DNA of 64,000 bases from Paraspadella gotoi (lineage: Eukaryota > Animalia > Chaetognatha), in contig CM119264.1 in NCBI GenBank assembly GCA_051294375.1, forward strand, positions 30,401,870 to 30,465,869, read 5' to 3'. Position numbers and translations under genes: made by a program. Below are positions 12,401-22,967 of the stretch, piece by piece. Below the pieces are notes generated by a model. That model was given only the letters and a program-made list of their open reading frames with translations. It made no database searches and was not told the DNA's origin. The stretch's first letter is position 1, and the number at the start of each line of letters is the position of its first letter.

Positions 12401-15400
12401 TAATTAAACATTTCTATTTCCTGCCTTCAATTTGTAAATCTTTCCCCTTTTTTCTTTGGTAACCAAGTTTGGATACAGGGGTTTTTAGATGATATGAAAT
12501 TTTTAGGAATCTTGTTAGGTATTTTGCCTCATGAGAGGCTTCGATTCTTAACGTTGATTAAAACTAACAATACAAATATTTGTCATTTGATAAAAAAATA
12601 ATAAATAAATAAATTAAAATCAAAATGTTTTTCCTCTTTGAAAAACACACGCAAGCCGCGACGACTTCACCACCGCCGCCGCATCCGCCCCGATCCACCT
12701 GGCGGCCAGAAGCGGTTCGGTCGACGCCCTCTGTTGCCTCCTGACCTCAAAGGCCAAAACTCGAGTCTTTGACGCCAACGGTTGGTTGCCGATTCACAAT
12801 GCAGCTGCCTTCGACCAACTGCTCGTGGTCAAGATTCTGCGATTTCGGGACGAAGAAACTTTGACGTCGTCGACGAAATCGGAAGAACGAATGACGCCGC
12901 TTTTGTTGGCAGCTAAATACGGCGCCAAAAGGTTAGAACTAAAATTAGAGTTATTTAATATCATTTGCATATTGTAGTAGTGCATTTCTCTTCGTTTTAA
13001 TCCTTTGTCTCCAGTATTATTTTTTGGATAATTTAATTTTTTTATTATGGATAACAACAATTTTTTTATGGTGAATAGTATTCACCAGAATACTTATTTG
13101 ATATTTTAACAGTACACTCATGTGCAAAAAAAAAAAAAAAAAAAAAACAAAACAAAAAACTCGCCACTTTACAAAAACCAGTTTTGCCTCTTCCATTTGT
13201 TTACAAAGTAGAGAGTCTTTAATTTTCTATAAACAACGATTTTAATTTAATCAGCGCAAATTATCTATAAGTGACAATTTTGAAAAATAAGTTAATGAGA
13301 GAGAGAGGGAGAGAAAGAGAGATTTAAGCTAAAAAGGATAAAACCAATTCTGGTTATAACAAGTTATTTGTTTTAATGAAACCTCATACACCAGAAGAAT
13401 TGTGTTCCATCGCCGACCAATCAGCGTCCTGTAGAAGCTCATCTGATAACAACAACAACAACAACGGTTCTACAGTCCGTCGATTCCATCTCCGATACTT
13501 CGATACGGTTTTGAGTTCGTGCGAGAATCTCTTCGTCGATGTTAAATTGTTATACTCGAGTTATTTTCGTAATGGAGAAAGCGTGCTATAACGGCGGCTA
13601 GAAATTCTAGAATGCTAATGCTGACCGCGCGTATCAATTCTATCATTAGATACTAAGTGCTCATGAAGACTGGGGCTTTCGGAAGATCTTATGAAGATGC
13701 TCGCTTTTCCCGTTCGGGCTGAGTCGCTACCTCGATAATTTTTTTTTCTGAAATAAAAGAGACAATTTGACAATTTGACCTCTATAAGGTTATAAATTAA
13801 CAAGTTTTTGATCTTAATTTAAAGGTTCCCTTAAAATTTAAGATATCTCCGATCTTTTTCACATTATCCGCCACAAATTCTTCCAGAGGATTTTAATAAT
13901 AACATATGACTTAAATGATAACATATGGACAAAAAATATATTTTTTTGGTTATTGCACCGTTTTGTCCACCATGAAAATATAAACGTACATATACCAGGA
14001 ATCCTAGCTTAGGATCCGTTATTTTTGAAAAAAGGGAAAAAATGGAATTTATCCCAAACCAACTAAAATATCTTCTGTGTTTTTTGATCGTTCTTGACTC
14101 CAATGTCATCGCCAATGCCAAGGCCAATACCAACGCCAATGTCCACGCCAATGTCAACGCCAATGCCTACGCCAATGCCAACGCCAGCATCACTACGTCG
14201 AAACCTTGTCGTCTTATCTGTAAACAACTTCAATTTGGGGGACATAACATTGATAACAATGTGAATTGCGCCTGGGGAGAACAGTTCGTGAATGGAATGT
14301 ATTCGAAGCAAATAACAAATGCCCGATGTCAAAGCCTTACCAAGCACGCGGTAAGCAATCTGGTGTCGGTACGTACAGGACTTCTTCTGAATTTGAGCTC
14401 TGCCGATACGCTTCTTGTCGTACCTGGCCGAATCGAGATAATAGAAGATGAATTTCTGTCGGGGATTGAAGCCCTCAGAGCTTTGTTTATTTTTGGAAAC
14501 AAAATTACGCGTTTACAATGGAATCTTTTTGGTAGAATAAGAATGGAAGAGATTCATCTTTCAGAAAACCTTATCTCCGTCATCGAAGACAATTGCTTTG
14601 AGAACGTGGTTGGTCTACAAACGCTTAATCTAAGAAATAACCTGATAAAGGAAGTATCGAACGCAACTTTTCATGGCCTAAAGGATTTGCATATTTTGTA
14701 CATGAGCGGAAACCTTTTGGTCTGGATACAAAAAGACGCTTTTAAACATCTCGTCAATTTACAAAAACTGTGGTTGGATAAGAAATATTATATTTTTCGA
14801 CCCGGGCATCTTGAGTGAATTGGTAAAACTAGATTTTTTGAATTTAACTGATAACTATCTGAAGGACATAAAATTCACGAACGAGAGTCGGTCCTTGCGA
14901 AAATTACATTTGAATTTAAATGAAATTGAGTACTTGTCAAATGAATCCTTCTGTGGTCTGAAGGCCCTTACGTCCTTGCGTTTGATGAACAATCCGTTAA
15001 TTTTCATCGGTGAAGGAACATTTTCCTTTTCAAGTTTTTTGACTCGTTTAGCCGTGGGACGTTGTGATCTTAAGGCAGTATTTTGTCGTTCAAAAGATTC
15101 AAAAGACTATTTTCAAATTCACAAAAACGTTTTTTTTTCGGCTCAACTGCGAGATGGGATCTATTTCGGTAATCTCGCTAGAATCCCGGAGAAACTATTA
15201 ACGAATCTAAGCACACAATCGCTGGAATTTGAATTTAGTAATATTTCAAAAATAGAAGCAAATATTTTCAAAAACCTTGGCCGAATAAGTGAATTTTCTG
15301 TTATAACGAGCAATGTTTCCAGTGTGGAAAAATACGCTTTTGAAGGACTGAGATTAACAACGGTTATTGATCTTAGCCATAACCAAATTAAAGTTGTGAG

Positions 15401-18400
15401 AAATTGGTTTAAAAGCTCGTCCGCTTTGCGGCGTTTAAATCTTAATTTTAATTATATATCCTACTTTGAGGATGATTGTTTTAGTAATTTGGTTAACATT
15501 GAAACAATTGAACTTAATGTTAATAATATAACAGTAATAAACAGAAAGGCATTTGGTAACCTCGGAAACTTACGAAATTTAACCTTACGTCAAAATCGCA
15601 TCTACACTCTGAATGAATTAGGTCTTCAAAATATTGGATCCATCAATTTGTTAGATCTAACTTTCAATAATATAAAATCTATTGAATTGTCAGTTTTGAG
15701 ATTAAATATTGATACTTTGAGGCTTGAAGCCAATAAAATTCGTCAAATAAATTGCGCGAATTGGCGTTCTGTAAATGTTAAGAATCTTCAGCTTGATTCC
15801 AATTTGGTGGAAAAGATCGACAACGATCTAAATTGTTTCAACGTTATACAGTCATTAGCCGAATTAAATATTTCGTTCAATAGGCTTAACTTTATTAATC
15901 CATCAGAGTTCTTTGGATTTAAAAGTCTTGACAATATTTACCTAAAATCTAACCTTTTGAAAAGTTTACAATTTGTTGCGAATCTTAAAAATTTAACTAC
16001 ACTCGATTTGAGTAAGTCATATAGTGTTCAATCATTTTCAAAAGAAGTAGTTCAAGCGTTTGAATCCACGACTAATCTTAAATTAGATGGCATTGATTGG
16101 TCGTGTCCATGCGGAAGCGAATATTACCCCATGATGGAATTTCTGAAAAAAAAATATGAGAAAATTCCATGTTGTCCGAATCTTTGCAAATGCACACTTA
16201 AGGAAAACGTCATAGAGATTGACTGTTCTAGAGATAAAATATCAAGTTTAAATAAATGTTTTTACTTCAATTACACGCTGGACTATTCATTTAAAGGAAA
16301 TCATTCGAGATTTTACTTTTCTAATCACGAATTAGTACAACAATTAAATATTAGTTATAATAATCTATCTTACCTAAACTTTACCGAATTCAAAGACATG
16401 TCAAACTTGAAATTATTAGACTTGTCGAACAACAAATTTTCCAAAATTTCGTCAAACCATTCGACAATATTAAAAAGAATAGCTAAAGTGATTTTTGATG
16501 GAAATCCATTTGGCTGTTGGTGCGATTCTGAAAATATTGAATCAATGAATTTGTTGTATCAAAATAACTTTCTTACGCATTGTTGCCCCTTAAAATGTAG
16601 GTGCTCTATTCAAAATGGTTATTTTTATGTTGATTGTTCAGAAGAGATATTTTCCAAACTTTCTCGATGCTACCCATATGCCCAGACTTATTTAGATTAT
16701 TCAAATACCAATTTTAACTTATCCTTTGAGAGCGTAAAACGAGGATATAATATTCGTGCGCTTGTTTTGAAGAATAATTATTTGAGCAGCCTGTCTCGAC
16801 TTGGATTAATTCAGCTTTCTAACTTGAAAATTCTAGATCTGAGAGAGAACAATTTTCACGTCATTGAACCTTCAATCTCGTTGATGTTGGGAAATATTTC
16901 TAAAATGTATTTAGATTTTAACCCATGGCAGTGTAGTTGTGAAAGAAAATACAGCAATATCATGCATATTCTTCTGAAGAATGGCGTTCAGCATCCCTGT
17001 TGTCCAAATAATTGTCTGTGTTCAATAACTGAAGCGATAACTAAGGTGATTGCTCTAAGAGCCTTTTAACTATTTTCCAAGTTGTTTACCTTGGCATAAC
17101 ACTCACATTAATTATCAAACACGAACATAAAAAATGATCATCTTAATTTAAAAGTAAATATGCCAAATGTCATTCTTCTCGATCTGAGTTACAATAACCT
17201 AACTACTTTAAAGTTTTTTGATGTTCAGAAGCTAAAGAATTTGCGTACAGTTGATCTCCGATTTAATAAGTCATTCAATTAATGATCTTATTAAACTGGG
17301 TTATTTACATGAATATAGACGGTAATTATTTTGACTGTTCTCCATGCGACCAAGTTGTTAACTTTCAAAAATATTAGAGTTTTATGAAATCAACATTACA
17401 TGTAAAAACTCCACCATAATTAAACGGCGTTCGGTCTGTTATGTTTATAATGTTGTAATTCCTTCAATCGCAGCTTCAGTTTGTTTCCTTACTCTGGCCG
17501 GTGTTTCTTTTCATTTTGTGAAAAAGAATGGATAAAACGAGTCAACTTGAAGAAAATGAAGAAATACTATAAAATAATTGAATATAATTTGAGAGAAAAA
17601 TCGAGGAAATACGAATATGAAAAATTACTTTTACACTTTGAAATTGTGGAAGGCTTTCAAAACGGATTGCCGAACAGAATACTTAAACGCGATTTGGAAT
17701 AACTCCAACGGCTTGTGTGTTGTCGAGCCCTGGCTTTGCACGCTGCAAGAATTTAATAACAAGAAAGTCTGTGAAAGTATTGAAACAGACGTCGCCATTG
17801 AAATTGCAAGAGATTTAGTAGAATCCGTGTCTCAGCTGTCATTGATTCAAGAAACAAAAAATGATTGTTGACTTTGCGTCGTTTTACATATTGCAAGAAG
17901 AAAGTAGGTACAGATTAAAACTGGGATTATTTAGTTGTGCTATTGCAGATGATCAAATTTCTCTGGAAGAAACCATGGCAATGAATGTGAAAAAGATCGG
18001 AGATATATTACGAATTTTAACGGAATCTTTCGAGATCAAAAACTTTTTAATCAATAACCTTATCGAGAGGTAGCAACTCATCCCGAATTGGAAAAGAGAC
18101 CATCTTACAAAGTACTTCTGGAAGCGCCCGTCTTCATGAGCCCCTATCTAATGATCGAATTGTTACGCGGGGTCAACAAAAATTCGTAAACTCATTCAGC
18201 GCGAAAAAAGAAGTCAAAAGTAAGTCTGACTCGATCGCAGATTCGTTTTTGATTTTGAGAGAAAACGCGAAATTCATTTTTTCGGGCGAATGCAATTGGA
18301 CTAATCTCATCGACTCGAGTCTGATCCACGATTTCGCGGAAAAAAGGTCAGTACAAGATCAACAGCGTCATGTTTTTGACTCGTTTCGTCAGAAACATTC

Positions 18401-21400
18401 TCAGTCACGGCAACGAGGGATCCGATTCGATGGCCAAGTTTTCGGAGATCCTAACCCCCGCAAAAGAGGATATTTGGTTATTTTCACGAGAAATTCCCGC
18501 CGCTTGTGTTTTGCATCTCTTTTCTTACGATTCGATTCACTCGCGAGGAACGGAAAACGTTTTCGCCAAGAGTTGGATCGGAGATGGAGGTCGATTGGCC
18601 TTTGGAGGCAACCATGCTGGCAACCGTGTTCATGAGTTGCAGGAATTCAATCGCGTATTTCTAAGAAAAGGTTCCAAATTGGAAAAGATGGACGTTCCTC
18701 ATTTCAAAGACAAAAACAAGAGAATCTTTTGTCCTACGACTCACATCGATTTCGATCGTTTAATGTCGGCGATTTAAGAAGGAAATGATGGATGAAGGAT
18801 GCTCGATCAAATTGGTATTGGAGAATGATCGATCGGAGGTTGTGCGGCCTAACATGAAAATCTTGGACGGATCGACTGTTTTTATAGAGGAGAACCACTG
18901 AGTTGGAAGTGGCATTTTTTAATGTAGTATAATGTACTATTTGATTTAACTTGCTACCATAACAATTGAAACATTCTTTGAAATATTTTCCACTTCATTG
19001 ATAGGGAAGCCAGGTACTCTGAGAGTGAATAAACGAGTCTGTGAGAGAGTCTTGATTGAAAGCTTGCAGAGACCTGCTATGTCATTATCTTGTAAGAGTG
19101 ATGGAGGCCTTAAACCACCAAAGCCTGTCCAAAGTCAGGGGCAAGATAGCTTATTTATTAAATGAATGGATAATTTTTATATTGGTTGTACCAATTTCAT
19201 AACACGAGATACGTCGTTTTGATTTGAAAAAACATCTACATTTTCTTTTGTCAACTTTTAACAAGGAATCCGAATCTGTTCTCAGAATTTAAAAAAAAAA
19301 TTGAAATTTTGACATTATATAAGGATATATAGCACTATACAGCACTATATCCAAAATAAGCTGACTGGGCTACTATATTTTTTCATTTTTAATCTTATTA
19401 TAAGGAAAAAAAAAAGATTAGTCATCTATTAGATTTTTTAACGTTCTGTTTTTCGGTAGAGTACTTCATTTTAAAAAAGCATTGCTCCTAAACGGATGGC
19501 CCATACATTTTTTTTACAAATTCAAGTATATATGTTGGACATAAACTCTCGTAAAGTCTGAAATAAAGTGGCGCGATTTTTCTGCACATGACTGTAAAAT
19601 TCGACATTCTCATTTTTAAAATGTAGTTTTGAACTGTAAAACGCTATATCGGTGGAAAATAATGTGTGTATGTAGCTGAGTAGCTCTTTATGGTTTGTTA
19701 ATTTGTGTGATTAATTTTGGTTTATTAAACAAACTCACTCTTCCAAAAAAAAATAATGTCATAATAATGCAATAATGCAATAATGCAATTTGTTAATATC
19801 GTTTTTGTTATTAATAAAAATCAAAAATTGATAAAAAAAAATGCAATTTGAAGTAGATGACTACTAATAACCTCATTAAATTTAAAGCATGAGATAATCG
19901 GTCTGTACGAAAAACTGAGTTTTAAAATTTTATCCAGCAACATTTTAGATATTATTATAATGATAAACTTAATATATTTGTCGTTGTAAAGTAAAAGATT
20001 AAAATGATATTTTAAACGTATCACGTCTTGAAACTCAGAGTCTTCGCCTACCTGTATTCTATTGTCGCTGCAAACAAGACAGCCGCCGCTTCCGCCGCTG
20101 CCGCCGCCGCCGACGCTGCCGCCGCCGCCTCCGCCTCCGCTGCCGCCGCCGCCTCCGCAGCCCCCGACGCCCCCGACGTCCACGTCGCCGCCCTCCGCGG
20201 ACACGTTCACATCTTGGAATGGCTCCTCGACGTCGACGATCGCCGCGTTTGGCGCCGTCTCGTCCAGATGATCGATTCCGACGACGCCGGGGAAAAAGCG
20301 GCGTCATTAAAATGCGTCGATTCTCTCGTCCTACGGCGCCCCGACGTCTGTTGGCGCCCGATTTGCGACGCCGACGGCGTGGAGGCGCTACTCCGTCGGC
20401 TCCGCGGCGGCGGCGGCGACGCGCTGCACGCTCTCGTCGTGGCGTCGATTCTCTGCAACATCGCCGGGCACGACGAAGTCCGGCGTCGTCTCACTTCCGG
20501 CGGCGCCATGACGCTTTTCGTCGATCTCTTGACGAGAGATGACGAAGATCTGCGAGCGAAAGCGGCGGCGCTGTTGGCGGACTTGGCGTCCCTGCCGAAC
20601 AATCAACGAGTCGTGGCGGATAGCGGAGCTGTGCGCCAATTGGCTGGGCTTCTGGATTCGAATCAGGTGGATTATTATTAAATTATAAAAAATATTAAAA
20701 TTAAAGATTAAGATTTCTTTTTCGCGCTTATTATGGAAATAATTAAAAATAAATTGTAGATTTTTTTTAATGAAAACTTTTAAAAAGTAACCTGAATCAG
20801 GCTGTCTAAATCAGGCTGTCTAAATCTAAATCTAAGTCTAAATAAAAAAAATAAAATAATCTTCAAAGATATAAATTTTAGTTCCAAGCGGGAATTCGCA
20901 CCGGAAGTTGTGACTCACTTTTTATTCAAAATTAATAACAAAAACGTTATCATCACAATAACCTTCTTTTTTTAATTAATACCAAAAAGTATTGACAAAA
21001 TCAAAAACAGTAACACTGTAAAAAAATAAAAAAGGTAAACAAGTAAAAAGTAAACTATTAAAATTCAACAAAAACAAAAGACACTATCGTTCAAAATTGA
21101 ATCATGAATAAAATGTTATGATCTAATTCATTAGAAACTATAAAATATAACGTTCAGGAACGTTCAAGGATCAGATGTCAAAATCGTAAAAACCAGAAAC
21201 AGTAAAAAACCGAAAAACGTCTAATATTAAATGGAAGGGACGTTAATAAAACGTTTAAAAATATAATAAAATAAAAAGCTACTTCACCTTTTCATAAGAT
21301 TTTTATTTCCATTTACCCTCCAACTAAAGGAACACGTTCTTGTCCACGCGGTCAACTTCGCCCGCGTTGCGGCCACCAAGAATTGGCGCAACCAAGAGCT

Positions 21401-21434
21401 CTTGGCCAGCGAAGGTATAGCGGGAGCTTTCTTA

Positions 21435-21509
<75 letters not shown>

Positions 21510-21973
21510 CATCATTATCAAACATTAATGAAAGTATCCCTAAAATAATAAAAGAAAAACACATCAAAATATATAAAAAATAATCTAAATAGCTACAGTA
21601 TGCAAATGAGATTAAAGTACTCCATCTTATTCGAAGTGAATCCAAATTTCCTCTGCTACAAAGGCGTCGTGGAACGCCTCGTGGATTTCTTAGAGACGGA
21701 CTCTGAGATGCTGACGACGGCGGCGGCGTCGGCTTTGGCGGCGCTGGCGGCGGACAACGAGGAGAATCAGAACCGCATGACGCGTGGAGGTGCGGTGGCG
21801 CCTCTCGTGAAGATGCTGAGGATCGGAAACAAGACGACGTCGGCGAAACAGATGCAAGCGACGACAGCGTTAATGAATATCGTCAGAGGGAACGCGCGTG
21901 CGCAGGAAATTGTCATTCGGATGGAAGGACCGGAGCATTTGATTCGATTGCTTAAGGTGCTCTCTCACTCTCT

Positions 21974-22023
<50 letters not shown>

Positions 22024-22919
22024 ACCCTGTCTCCTTTCCCTCTCCCTATCGTTGTTTTCTTATCTTCTTTCTTCATTTTTCCTTATGTAATAATCTTTCT
22101 ATTCATTTCTTTGATAACTAATTTAGTTCATATTCTTCATTTATTTTCTTTTATACTTAAATATTTTGTTATCAATATTCCCCCACCCTATCCAAGGTCA
22201 GCACCATGGAAATGCGCGAACGCTGCGCGGCTGCCCTCTGGGCGACGGCGGGAAAGAGCGAGCCGCAACAACGCTACGTAGCGTCGCTCATCGGCGTTCG
22301 CCTCGTGACGGAGCTGCTGCTGCAGCAAAGCGCCAAGCTTCAATTCATCGGTTGCCAAGCAATGGCCGCGGTAGCCAAGCAAGACGCCACGAAGCAAAGT
22401 CTCATCGCGTCGCAGGGCGGGACGAGACCGTTGACGAGGATTTTGCGGCGCGGAGTTGCGGCGCGGTTGGACGGCAGCGGCGAGGAGAGAGCTGCGGAGC
22501 GGCGACGGTCTCGATTGACGGGAAATGACGAACGCATCAAAAGCGAGAACAACAGCAACAACAGCAAAAGCAACATCGATAAAAACCACAACAGCAACGA
22601 CGACAACATCCTGGACGACCGACCGACCGACGATGTCCTTCTCTCCGTCGTCCGCGTCATCGGCGTCCTCTGCGTCGGCATCGGCCACGCCCACAATCGC
22701 GTCGTCCAGGAGGCGTTGACCGAGGATCGTCACGACGCCCTCCACGAACTCCTCCGCATTCTGGCGCACCCTTCCAAGTTCCACGACCTCTTGCGGGTGG
22801 AGGCGGCGTGCTCCGTGGCCGGCCTCGCTCTGGGGAACGATAGGATACAGGGGAGAGTCGAGAAGTCGCCTTACTTTTCCGTGGCCTTGATTCTGAGGAT
22901 GTTCTTGATTAGTGAGGAG

Positions 22920-22967
<48 letters not shown>

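Larger units (their letters stand above)
13115..19594. mobile_element. Non-autonomous Tc1/mariner-like TIR-bounded element (6.5 kb) in ANKAR intron 6, containing the LRR-pseudokinase-KEN gene
   Basis: Left end TA|CACTCATGTGCA(A-rich run)ACTCGCCACTTTA (13115-13171). Right end 19564-19594 reverse-complements to CAGTCATGTGCAGAAAAATCGCGCCACTTTA and is followed by TA. TA flanks and CAGT/CACT termini are typical of Tc1/mariner. No transposase seen inside. Confidence 0.7.

Noticed and set aside
14042-17520. Calling the nested gene an ordinary Toll-like receptor
   Set aside because: No TIR boxes follow the TM; the cytoplasmic region matches kinase-KEN motifs instead.
17600-18777. Calling it the canonical IRE1 or RNase L gene
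   Set aside because: It lacks the IRE1 luminal domain, its own ankyrin repeats and active kinase motifs. Splicing of ANKAR ankyrin exons onto the KEN region is conceivable, but I saw no evidence for it.
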